From Raillietiella orientalis (Eukaryota): a stretch of 64,000 bases of DNA. Shown piece by piece: positions 12,001 to 22,880 of the stretch (position 1 is the stretch's first letter; every line of letters begins with the position of its first letter). Position numbers and translations under genes: made by a program. Location of the stretch: contig JAYWIR010000005.1 of assembly GCA_036172245.1 (NCBI GenBank), positions 1,240,001 through 1,304,000 on the forward strand. The letters are read 5' to 3'. The notes under the pieces were generated by a model that ran no database searches, was not told the origin of the DNA, and was given only the letters and a program-made list of their open reading frames with translations.

Positions 12001-15000
12001 TGTGAAGGTGCAGAATCTCAGGTAAAAGGAATGCGAAGGGAGGTGTTTTTCCGTTCTTGGAATCCAGGAGTGTTCCTGGAACGTCGGCTGCCCCGTTTTG
12101 GTTATTCGGTGGTCCCGTCATGCGGGTTATTTGTCAGATGGCGTACCCTTCCTTTCACCTCGAGCCGACTTGTAGGGGGTCTTAGCTCACCAGGGGCATT
12201 TGCGAACGTTGTGTCCCTATTTTGCATTCCCAGCCGGCGACCGTGTCGTTCTTGCGGAGCACCTAGCCTCCCCGGTGTGTGCGTACGGCCTTCTGCGTCT
12301 CGAGGCCGATCCTGTAAGCAGATCTTCAGAGCCATGTTTCCTGAAAGTATTTTCCCATTGCCCCTCGTGGTCAGGAATGACCCAAACTTCCTGGTGGAAA
12401 AAACGGGGAGTGCCGAAAGGGAGTTTCGTTGTGATGAACCCTATCGGTCCACAGGGGGGAACCCATGACACCGACTCGCTGAGAATTTGCAGCGCTCAAA
12501 ACCAGCAGCTTCCAACGCCGAACAAAAAGTGGACGTTCGCCCTAGTGGTTTCGCCGCGTGTTCCCTGCGAGGCTCTGCCCAGCGTGGGGTTTCTTCCGAC
12601 CTCATTTTGTCTGCGTCACGCGCCCAAGGGGATCGAGAAAGCGCGCAGAATCCAAGGTGCAGCACTTGGGCGAGCACGGAAGATTTCGGCTGGGGACTCG
12701 GACCATCGCTGGTTCTCAACCCGAGGCTCACCTTTTTGTCCGATCTGGAGATTCTGGAGCGACTGCGTCTCGCCCCGCTGTTTGCGTATCCTGATGAAAG
12801 CAGCGCTGCTGGTGTGTGTGTGTTTTGCGGCAAGGCTGCACGCCTTCGTCTTCGGGAGATTGGTTCTCCCGTCTTCGCAGCATGGGAATTTGCTGTCGGC
12901 CCGCGTGACCTCTTTCTCATGTCAGCCAGCGTTCTCGTTGAGTAACAGTTTGCATCCCTGCTTATTGGCTCCGACTTGCAGCTCGAGGTCTCTGCCAGTT
13001 CGTCTTCAGCGTGCGCGGGTTCGCGGCGCGCGAATCCATGCAGAAAGAGGGTACGAGGCGTGTTTTCGGAACCTGACAACAGCAACAGCGGACTGCTCTT
13101 GCAGAGGAATTCCTTCCAGACGGGAGGGGTGCCGTGATGATGGACTACGAGTTTCGGACGAGGTTGCTGCTGTTTTCCCAAGCGTGGGGCCGCTGCGTGC
13201 TCGGGTTGTCCACGTTGTTTGGCGCCGTGACCCCCACGAACGATTGGTCGTCGCCGTGGAGAACTCTCTGAGGAGAGGATTTTACGTGCACCGGTTTCGC
13301 GCCTCCTCCTCTCTGCTCTCGTTCATCGAGAACTGCATTCTGAAGGCAGGGAGTTTCCCGTGGGTGCGTGCACCTGCGACCATCGGAAATCTCCGGGAAG
13401 TTCCGAATATCTCGGGAGCGCGCTCTTCGTACATGAAACCGAAGAAATTTTCCACAGTCCCGTTCCCGGGCTGTGGAACCTCCCTCTTGGGTTGGGGTGG
13501 CCGCCCCAACGGTCCCGTTCGTGTGATCCTGGCGGTTGTTGGCTGTGGGTCCTGCACGGCGGACGCTCTCGGACGGCGTCGACCGGGTCGCGCGAAATTG
13601 CTCGCGCTCCGTCGACCCTCGTCATTTCGTCGTCTAGGTGATGCGCGCGGCCGTTGAAACCTTCGTGGAGTCACCGCTTTATCTCTTCTCCACGTGTGGT
13701 TCGTCAAGTTCTTCACGTTCTTCTTCTTTTCCTTCCCGCCCTACTATTTTTACCTGCTTAATAATAGCAGCGACCGTTTCATGCCCGAGTAATCGCCGTT
13801 TTCGTGTCTTGCGGTAACCTAATTTAGAAAACCACGGCCTCTAAATTTCGCTCTCGTTCTCTCTCGGGTCTATGAATACCCGCAATTTAAATGGTGCCTC
13901 GAGAATAGCTCTCCTCCGGTTCGAGGGAAAAATTCCTGTTTCGTAAGTCGTGCGTTGGAATTTCGAGATCCATCCGCATCGGGAAGCTGCACTCGCAGAA
14001 AGGGTGCTTCTGAGACTCTTTGCTCTGGTCGAGTTAGCTGCTGGAGCAAAAGATTCCGTTCCTTCCGGTGCCGAGAGTTTTTTTTATTTTCTCTCTCTCT
14101 CTCACTTTCCTTCCTTTCGTCTATAGCTGGGCTGATTATTCTTAAACCTTTGCAGGATTCTTCTGCAGTTGAGAGGCAGAAGGGAACTTTTTCTCCCCCG
14201 GGAGTGGTGTTCAATGAGCGTGGCGACAAAATGTGGGCCGCTGTGCCGCCGACGAGTCTCCTCGGATCGCAGCCTCCCGATGTGTCGGAGACCGGAAATT
14301 CTTGCGTGACTTCGTTCGCCAGAACCGAGTTGGCCGTTGAAAGAGGGTTTCCGCCGAGCTCCTCGTAGGGACCCAAGGTGTGATTAATGTGGTTGTGGGA
14401 AGCCCTGTTCGACCTACCCCCAAGGGCTTTTGCGTTTCCCAGTCTCCCCCTTCCTTCCGATCTCGCGACCGCATCGCAGAGCATTAGCTGCGAGGTTTGA
14501 CCGCCGGGCCGGTGCGCTCGTGTCCCATCGAAGCGTACGTACCATCATCAGCAGTGGTACACTTCGATCATTTGTTGGTGCGGGTCGCTTTCACGCTGGT
14601 GTATCGGAGTCTTCGAGCCGTATTGCCACGTACCTCACGTGTGTTTTCAACCTTCCAGTTTCCTCTTTCCGCCCCATGCCCTATAATTTCTTGCTTTCAT
14701 ATTTTTCGTTGAAGGTTTCCCAGTGTAGTTTGTTAATGAAAGGACCTCCACCCCGCATAGACATCATATGGGGGCTTTACGGATGCATTGGAACTCCTCT
14801 CTCTCTCTCTCTTCGCGTGCTCCTCCCTTTCCTCCGCAAGAATAATTGTGGGTTTGGACGATCGAGGTGCCCCAGCACTGGACATTGGGCACACGTCAAC
14901 ACGATGATCACCGTTTCGCCGCACTCGTTCGTCAGCCCCACGATGCCGTGACGGTTAAAAATGGTGTGCGTTCAGCCGGGGTCCAAGGGCGCGCATCGCG

Positions 15001-17969
15001 GGGGAATCAGGCCGGAAGACACACCGCTGCCCGTGGAACCGAGACAACGAACCACCCGTTCGATGGTCGGTTCCCCTTTGGTGAGCCGATGGGCTCTCCC
15101 CGGCTGGCCGTGTCCCCCCCGCCTTTCGTAGTCGCCTGCGTGGCACGTCGTCCGGTGGTCCGGGTCGTCCCCTGCCCCTACGGTTTTTTTTTTTTCTTCT
15201 CCCCCTCATGCTTGGGCGCTGCAGCTCCTGCTTCCGCGCGCGACCATCGCCATGAGCAGTGGCTCATTAGCAAGCAGCGCTCCCAGAAACTCGATACCCA
15301 CTCGCTGTTTCGAGGGCGACGTCTCCGCCACCCATCCTCCCTCGCTGCACCCCCGCCGTGCCCTGCCGTGGAACCATGGCAACACACGCCCCCTCCCCTG
15401 ACGGTACCGATCAGGGATATTTTTAAAAATATATAGGTCGTGTTTACATAAAGATTAATGTACAAATTGATTTGAGCATACATATTATTAATGGTGATGT
15501 TATTTTAGCCTTCATATTAAGATAACTATACTTGTTATCTATTAGTGGATATTTGTTTGTAGATGAATGTATATTATAAAAATTATAAAAAATACTTATG
15601 TGGGTTTAGTATAAATATTAGTATGTATATGCATTATTAATGTAACATTAATATATAGATTAATGATGTGTGTGTGTTTCTTATAGATATTAATATACTT
15701 AACGATATACATTGATAATTATAGAATATACATTATACATCCATCGGTCGATCAAAATTCCCGGAAATAGAATTCGTCATTTTCGTCTATTGTTCGAAGT
15801 TCCGTCTATTGAGTGTTAGAAAACGAACTACCTAATTTGTCGCTTTTGTTCTTTCAGTTTGTCCGCTTTTTTATCTTTCCTAGTATTTTTAATTGTCATC
15901 GTTGTGTATAATTTTGAGAATGTACGTTCATGCATGTTCTATCACCAAGTAGGTATATTAAAATAGTTATATGTCAATTTATAATATCATACATACGTTT
16001 ATTATGTTTCGTTGACATAATAAACGCATGTATTTATTTTAAAGATCTTTCGGGATTTTGAACCAAACCCCTCTCTGGAGACATCCACAGGAGCCCTGTT
16101 TTGGGACTCAGGAAAGCGCCTCCTTCCACCATCCTTTCGCAGTCCCAGAAAGGTCCCACCGTCTCTCTCGATTGTCGACCTCTGTGTGTGGGGGAGGGGT
16201 CAGGGAGGAGGGTGCATTGTGATGAGTGGCGTCCCATGCCGAACCAGCCGCCCCACTGCTCACCCAAATTTCCAGGTGTGCTCTAACCCTCCCGGTTCTT
16301 CCGCCGCCAGCCGATCCTCCGGAAGTTCCCACGTGGGAGCCAGCAGGCAGACTCCCTATCCGGGGTCGGGCACGCCGAGTCGGTGGCACAACTACTGCTT
16401 GCAACAGTGCCACTCCTACCACGCGGAGATGGAGAATCGATATCAGCTCCAGAAGAGAAATCTGGAGCAGCGACTCTTGCAGGCCAAAGAGGAACTGGAA
16501 AAGGAAGATGCTTTGGATGTCCTGGCAGACGACCCCTTCGGTAGGACACCCGTTTCGTTTGTTGTCATCTCTTCGTATTTCGGCCTCTGCGGCTTTTGAT
16601 TTTAATCCAAACTGTATGTTGGTCTCCATTTCCTTAGGCGATAATGTTTGACATTAGCACACTGTTTAGCCACATTCCAGTTGGTGATTTGACTCATGGA
16701 GGTTCGTGCAATTTGTGTGGACTGTCGCATGTGCTTGCGATTGTGTTGTTGTGCCACCTAACAGTAACAGAAGACGCTCAGTGCACGCTTTCTGTGTCAC
16801 TAAAAAAAAAAAAAAAAAAAAAAAAAACTCTTTCAACTAGAAAAACGACAGTTGCATTTTCTTGTTGCTGTTGTTGTTGTTGCTATTGACCTTGACCCTT
16901 CCTTCCTGCGCTCACTCTGATGCGTTTAAAATTTGTTCTAGCAGCTGCTATGAAACTCGACAAGACTCTGATCAGCACTGACAGTCTGCTGTGCTCTTCC
17001 GAAGCGACCAACAACCCCTCTCTGCATTCGAACGACTTCTCGTCTTCCTGTAGTTCAGTTTCCCTTTCTTGGCCCTGCGCGGATTCCCAGAAACCGGAGT
17101 CTGCCACAGGAAACCACCTGTCGGAAAACATTGTAAGAGACCACTTCGCTTCCCCATTCCTCCTCTTCCTCTCTTCCTTCTTCTCCCGCTCCCCCTTTTC
17201 TCCTCTACTCCTCTTTCTCTTTTCCTTCTCCTTCTCATCCTCCCCCTCTTCTCCCCTCCTCCTGCCCGCATAATGCCTGGCGTCCTCCTTGCAGGAAACT
17301 CGAGCTTATTTCGATCCTCCAGCATCGGAAATGACCAGTGGGCTTTCAGACGCCAGTCTCCCCGCGAGCAACCTCTCTCGCAGCGCAGCGCACGCACCGA
17401 ACGCGAGGTCGCTGTCGCCCGGCAGCTCGCCAGGGAGCAGGAGGAAAGCGTCTCTCCCTTCCGCCTGCGAGGATGACGCGAGCAGACCCCAGGATTTGGG
17501 TCTTCGTCGGGCCCGCCCGTGCTCCGCAGCCTCCCGGACCTGTGCGGAGACGTGCGAGCCCTCTCGCGCGGCCAAGTCGCAGCGGCGTCCCCATGCAGGG
17601 TTCCGTGGCGACGCGGCGGGAGGCGCCGCCGCGGGCGACGGTCACCCCGAGGCGCGCGGCAGGGTCCGCAAGGGCGCCAACTCGTGCGGCGGTGGCCAGA
17701 CCGAGCACCCGGAACCGCACAGGAACAGCTTCAAGTCGTGCCACGGCTCCCACACGGTGCTGTCCAAGAAATCCATCCGAAGGCGGCACACCTTCGCCAG
17801 CGCGAAGGACCTGCCCAAGACGGGCGCCGAGGACAGCGCCGGGTCAGCAAGTGATCAGAGAGCGACGACCCATTTCCAGCTGAGCACCAAGAAGCCCAAG
17901 TGCATACCCAAGAACAGCCAGTACCGCAGGATCCTCGACTTGGGGTTCTTGCTGGAGTCGCAGGTCTGA
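701..17969 (+). CDS. ARHGAP21: Rho GTPase-activating protein 21/23-like (RhoGAP19D family; PDZ-PH-RhoGAP), 5' end upstream of or unresolved in this window
   Basis: Phase-consistent GT-AG exon chain: 701-834, 2551-3211, 3319-3603, 4895-4990, 5268-5322, 5777-5855, 5899-5988, 6060-6254, 6309-6390, 8419-8723, 8786-8947, 9037-9246, 9309-9432, 11820-11914, 16276-16540, 16942-17132, 17295-17969. It encodes a PDZ C-terminal half ([43 protein letters not shown]), a PH domain (DRSWKMV...KKKNVFRI...FLFQAED...WIRAF), a GAP domain (FGIPLE...GVYRIPGN...[15 protein letters not shown]...[16 protein letters not shown]), an RRRHT motif and a C-terminal ESQV. The low-complexity exons are less certain, and extra or alternative exons are possible. 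Confidence 0.9.
5777..6254 (+). CDS. ARHGAP21: RhoGAP PH-domain exons (5777-5855, 5899-5988, 6060-6254)
   Basis: [36 protein letters not shown]...[36 protein letters not shown]. The 43-nt intron 5856-5898 contains a TACTAAC branch-site match at 5882-5888. Confidence 0.88.
8419..9246 (+). CDS. ARHGAP21: RhoGAP catalytic-domain exons (8419-8723, 8786-8947, 9037-9246)
   Basis: The arginine finger GVYRIPG is intact; also [30 protein letters not shown] and [16 protein letters not shown]. Confidence 0.95.
8989..9030 (+). repeat. (CT)n microsatellite acting as the polypyrimidine tract of a RhoGAP intron
   Basis: About 21 TC units directly upstream of the ctccag acceptor at 9036. Confidence 0.95.
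11519..14188. repeat. 41-nt inverted repeat pair (11519-11559 / 14148-14188) in the introns flanking RhoGAP exon 11820-11914
   Basis: Manual alignment of the left arm with the reverse complement of the right arm gives 37/41 identity. Confidence 0.85.
17295..17969 (+). CDS. ARHGAP21: RhoGAP terminal exon (RRRHT motif, C-terminal PDZ-ligand-like ESQV)
   Basis: Acceptor ttgcag|GAA at 17294/17295, then an open frame to TGA at 17969: SIRRRHTF...GFLLESQV*. Confidence 0.8.
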   Translation, partial: ETRAYFDPPASEMTSGLSDASLPASNLSRSAAHAPNARSLSPGSSPGSRRKASLPSACEDDASRPQDLGLRRARPCSAASRTCAETCEPSRAAKSQRRPHAGFRGDAAGGAAAGDGHPEARGRVRKGANSCGGGQTEHPEPHRNSFKSCHGSHTVLSKKSIRRRHTFASAKDLPKTGAEDSAGSASDQRATTHFQLSTKKPKCIPKNSQYRRILDLGFLLESQV

Positions 17970-18207
17970 CCCCACCCGGCGCCCGCTCAAGGTGGCGTCG
18001 CAGTTGTTTCATAACCGTCCACTATGGCAGTCAATCATCTTTCAGAAATCGATCGTCGTGTCGATTGTGGTGATTTCGAGACATTTCACTCATGTGCCTC
18101 CGTGTTGCATGTGATGTACTTCGGTACGTCAGGTTTATTTTTCGTATTCCTAGTCTATATTTTTTTATACAAACGCATAAGATATAAAAAATGTGTAAAA
18201 AATGCAA

Positions 18208-18213
18208 AATAAA
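18208..18213 (+). terminator. Candidate polyadenylation signal of the RhoGAP gene
   Basis: AATAAA about 240 nt after the stop codon, in AT-rich 3' UTR-like sequence. Confidence 0.5.
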
Positions 18214-18344
18214 AAGGCAACTGTGTAACGGCCCGTTCAGTGCATCGGCGAAGAGCGTTGGCTCGGCCACGGCAGTTTCCCTGGAGGCGAAAGGAGCAGT
18301 AGGAAGATCCACAAAGTGCAGAGAGGTACAAAACCGATGTTTTT

Positions 18345-19600
18345 CACCCGGTCACGCTGGGACATTTATTTTATAAAAAATGAACCAGTTGGGAATCCAA
18401 CCGACGAACACAGAATTTCAAGGGGAGAGTCCACCTACACGCAGGATGGGACAACAGGGAGTCCGTAATGGGGGAGGGACCAGAGGACAACGAAAACAAA
18501 CAAAGTGGGTGGGAAGGGGCTTTGATTTCGCTCCGTGTGCACCGGGATGAAAAAGAGCACCGGGGAAGTTACGGAGGGGAATAAGAAATTGATGGGGAAT
18601 AAGAAAAAGAAAAAATAAAGGGAGAGGAGGGACAAGGGTCACCGGGATCCGCAGTTCCTAACCGTCCATCAATCGGCGGTGAATGCCGGTGATCTTCGCT
18701 TCCTCTTCCAGGTGAGGTCACCTTGCACCCCTCCTGATGTAGATGGCTGCCATCCTGGTGATCTTCCTTCGCTGCGTGGTGGTTTCTAGCACCTGTCGTG
18801 CCGCAAGGATGCCGCGGATGCAACCACCCATGGTTGCAATCACGGCGCCCGTCGAGAGTCCTCTCGGCGCGAGGAACCGTCGCAGCACGTCTCGGGCTCT
18901 GTTCTCCTGGTGCAGGAGTGCCATTGCCAGCCCCCATCACACTTCCCGGAGGGCACCGCAGTCCAAAAGCAGATGCGGCGGGATTGACTCGGTCGACCCG
19001 CACCTCTCAGAGTTCGGGGATGCAATCCCTGCGGAAACAAGTTGTGCCGGTCCTCCTCATTGCTCTGGAGTCCCCACTGGAGGAAGAGTAGCGCGGCCTG
19101 CTTCCAGGAAAGCAGGAACGCAGAAGCATCCAGGCATTGGGGGGAGAGACCACAAGTCCCTCAGGGAAAACACCCAACAGCTCGCTCCACTGGAGGAGTC
19201 CCGTCGCCACAGCACGCGGAGTGGCAACATCCACCAACTCACACGTCTTCCAGGCACTGAGGAGTTTTGCATTTCCCGAGATGGTGCAGGAAAACCTTCA
19301 CCTCACCGGTTGGCTACTGTCGTCACTTGCCCTGAGGGCAAACCGTGCTGGGGCCAGGGGTCTGGCGGCCAGGGTCGACCACTTTACCGCGTCCCGCATC
19401 ACCACTTCCAGAGGCCGTGGTAGCAGATGTCTCAGGGGGTGAAGATCTTGGGGGTTTATTCCCTGGAATGCAGTCCAGGATTCAACAGCCTCCTGCTGCC
19501 AGGCGTTAAACTTCGTTGGCCGGCAGGAGATCCACACATGGACTTCCATTAGAGAGGCGAGTTGCCTTAGGGGTAAGTCGAGCCACTGCATCCTATAACG
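18345..19600 (-). mobile_element. Degenerate 5'-truncated non-LTR (L1/Tx1-like) retrotransposon, copy A
   Basis: Frameshifted minus-strand translation VDVATPRAVATGLLQWSELLGV...PHLLLDCGAL...ALLHQEN is homologous to copies B and C. It has a pyrimidine-rich 3' UTR and the 3'-end motif at 18370-18345. The 5' boundary is approximate. Confidence 0.7.
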
Positions 19601-19699
19601 CGCGCTCGACAGCAACGAGAGCAGTCCTTCGCTGCCGGCGCTTCACAAAACTGGTGCACCGGTTCCTGTTCGTGCGCAACAACCGCTGCCCCCGCTTCG

Positions 19700-20500
19700 G
19701 GATATAATGGAGGATCCCGGAAAAAGCTCGTGGACAGGAAGAACTTCCCGCTCCGCAGCGCTTCCCTCCCTCAGGGTACACCTGAGCAGCAGCATCGCGG
19801 CGAAATGGGAAGTTAAGAGGAACATCTCCGGAAGGGAGAAAGGACTGGGCGAGTGGAAGACGGACCAGCTCACCGACGCTGAGACCCCGAGTACACCGCC
19901 CCACGGTCTCTCGCGCTGGGGCGAGCAATTGGATGTTCCACCGGAACACACGAAATGGTTCCCGGTGCTCATGGACATCCTCCCCTTGAAGTGGCAGGAG
20001 TCGACACTGTTGGTGCTGCACTGGTCTTCCGTGCAATGTCCGCCGTCATCACTGAGCACGGGTGTGTGGACCCCGTGTCAGGTGCGGGGAACCTGACACG
20101 GCGAATGAATCCTTTCTCCACCTGTTAGTGGACTCCGTTGCCCTCCGGCCCCTCTGAGAACGCTTTGCTGAGTCCCTGGGAACTCCCAAAGGCCACTCCA
20201 AGGACACTTTGAAACCCCATCTTCCTTCGCGGCGCCTTTCGGCCTCGCTGGCAGCCCAGTGCTGCCTACGAGGCATCGTTGCTGCTTGGAGCAAAGCAGC
20301 GGGAAGACCAAGCGATAGGGATGCCACCCACTTCGCAATCCTTTTCATCACGATGGCACCACCGGGAAAGGAATATCCTTGCCGACATCCCACAGAGGAT
20401 GGACAGGACCGTCACCAGCAAAATGTGATCCCTTCCCCCCCCCCCCCCCCCTCAGAGTGTATTTATTTTCTATTTTTTGTTTCTTTTTGTTTGCCCCCTC
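19700..20500 (+). mobile_element. Degenerate non-LTR retrotransposon ORF2 3' part, copy B
   Basis: EWKTDQLTDAETPSTPPHGLSRWGEQLDVPPE...LPLKWQESTLLVLHW, followed by a disrupted CxRCG...HLLVD finger and a T-rich tail. It aligns by eye with the copy at 57535-58190. Boundaries are approximate. Confidence 0.68.
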
Positions 20501-20559
20501 CCCTCTGCTGCCGTGGCGGACTGCTCCGGTCTGCGAACTGGTGATCCGGCAGGTCTCCA

Positions 20560-21419
20560 TTATAACTGTGCGTGGTCAACCACTGGTCCAACTACAGTTC
20601 TCGTTATAACCCGACCCATGGGCGGCTGGAGGACTAGCAAGCTGGCAGACGCCGTCACGCCTCGCCACATCCCGAAGGGACTCCTTCGGTGGAGCGAATT
20701 CTTGAATGTGACCCCCGAAGAACTTGTGGTCCCTCCCTCGTGCGTGTACACTTCGGCGTTCCCCGTTTCGTGGAAACAGGACGCAATCTTGCTGGCGCAT
20801 TGGGGCTTCCATTGCAACCAGCGTGCGAACATTGTTTCCGGGGGAGTTGTCTCCCCGAACTGTAAAGGGTGCGGAGCAGCAGAAACGCTCCGCATCTCGT
20901 TTTCGACTGCGGTGTCCTCCAAGGACTGTGGCGGATGCTGGCCTCAGCTCTCCTGCACCAGGGGGACACTGCAAAGGATTTTATGTGCCGCTTCTAAGAT
21001 GGCCTGTCGTTGGGTGCAGTTTTCGCAACGGTCTGTTGCATCTGCGCCATTGACAATGCCCACCGAGAGCTGGAGAAGCAGGCGATTCGTCGAGAGGCCA
21101 CCGGAATAGCCGATGAGAACAGGACGTCGGCTGCCGGTTGGTCTCATCTTCCAGAACACGCGAAGAACGAGATCTCCGGCATCCAACGCCGGTTCTGAAG
21201 GAAAGGAATGGCCAAACCAAAGACCCCTGTCCCTTCTCCTCTCCATATTTTCATTTTTATTTTTTTATGTATCTAATTTTGGTCCCTCCCTCCCGTTCCG
21301 GACTTTCGAATTTACCGAACTGCTTGTCGGAGAACCCTCCCTTCGTTTTTCTGTACCCTCTGTCCGGGAACTCTGTCCCCGGATAGTTTAGCAATAAACG
21401 CCCAGGCGCACCCGGGTGG
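20560..21419 (+). mobile_element. Degenerate non-LTR retrotransposon ORF2 3' part plus 3' UTR, copy C
   Basis: GWRTSKLADAVTPRHIPKGLLRWSEFL...WKQDAILLAHWGFHCN...CKGCGAAETL(frameshift)HLVFDC, ending in AATAAACGCCCAGGCGCACCCGGGTGG at 21393-21419. Confidence 0.75.
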
Positions 21420-22756
21420 AAATCGAATTCATCGAATTTGCCAGAAGTGTAGCCAGGATTTTAACGTTTAAACGTGACCTCGAGAATTTCAGTCCAAAGT
21501 GAAGCAGTAAAAACAGCAAATATATATATATATTTTTTTTGGAAAAAAGAAAAGCCAAAAACGAGAATGAAGCGAAGCAACAATTTCGATGCTTTACACA
21601 ATGCTCGTTCTGTTAGGGCGGCCATTCCAAGTCCGCTCGCCACGTTGAGCGTCCCCCGTGCGCCAGCGGCGACCACTTCGCCGGTGCTTGGAGCTCTGTG
21701 CCTTCGCGATTTCTGCCCCTCGCTGGAGGGACAAACGAGGGAATCTCAGCGGCGGCGGGCGTCCGAGACGATCCCCAGGGAGCGTGGCGCGCAGCCGTGC
21801 CATTCTCCAGGTAGCAGCTAGCGCGGGGTCGAATCAGGAAGCAACAAGAAAAAAAGGAAAAAAGAAAGAAAGAAAGAAAGAAGAGTCCCAGGGAAAATAC
21901 AGCTCCCTGATCAGGTAGGCCATTTGCCTGGAAGCGTTTCCATGTCGCTCCTGTCGGAAGTTGACCGTGTTCGCCAGCTTCTTGATTCGAGGCTCGCCTT
22001 CGCACATCCGCCTTCACACGGAAGTGCGCCGAACGCAAAAATTTAACCGACTCCATCTGTACGTACCAAGGGCGGCTGTCTTCTAAAGTTGCTCGGACTG
22101 CACACGGGGTGCAGGGATCGCCAGGCGCATTGTTTCCTTAGCAAGTGCGCCCATTCTGCGAAACTTCCGGGAAAGAGAACGAACGCACCCTGCGAGCAAA
22201 AAAAAAACAAAACGCCCATGCTGATTAAGTTCTCTGTAAGCCTCCTCGGGACGCAGATGATGCTGTCCTCACTTTGGTTTGGCTTCCGTGTCTGATTCTG
22301 CTCCTGCCGGGTTCGTACATTTGCCGACGCGGTGATGTCTCAGGTTCAGCTGGACGCATCCTCAAGGCAACACGCCCTTTCGAATTCCCACTTGAAAATG
22401 TGGGCCCTTTCAGCCAGACGGATGGGGAAGCTGGAACATGACTCCCCTTGGTTTTCAAAGCCTTGAGAAATCGAAGTGGCAACACCTCGTGCGGATGTTG
22501 CTCACGGATTGGCATCGTCTGACTAGATTCTTTTCAGGTCCCCCGACAGTTGCTTAAACACACCATCGGGAACAGTAAAAGTACAAAGAGGCGACTGCTG
22601 TACACCAGTCCAAATCGGTTCGGTGTATTTCCGAAAGCTCTGATCGTAAACATAAGGATTGGCGCACCCAATCCTTGGTTGACATCCATGCTGCAAACCA
22701 TCACAAGTCAAGGTTTCAAACCTGGAATGTCCACGTCAAAGGCGAAGGCCCCTTTG

Positions 22757-22880
22757 ACTATAGGAGCGCTTCTTTCACTATTAGAGTGACCTCTCGACTA
22801 TAAGAGCCTCTCTTTCACTATAAGAACGCCTCCTTGGCAATTAGAGTGGCCCCTTCGCTATCAGAGTGCCTCTTTGACTG
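22757..22880. repeat. 20-bp minisatellite, about 6 degenerate units
   Basis: Units start at 22757, 22777, 22797, 22817, 22837, 22857 and 22877 (partial). Consensus is roughly ACTATAAGAGYGCCTCTTTS. Confidence 0.85.

Noticed and set aside
12200..13657. 485-aa + strand ORF (and overlapping minus ORFs) in a RhoGAP intron
   Set aside because: No recognisable domain, a non-ATG start and Arg/Ser/Cys-rich composition typical of chance ORFs in GC-rich DNA. One minus-strand exon-like segment near 12733-12791 could not be linked to others.
22757..22880. Regularly spaced repeats resembling a CRISPR array
   Set aside because: Contiguous 20-nt tandem units with no unique spacers, no cas genes, and a eukaryotic context.
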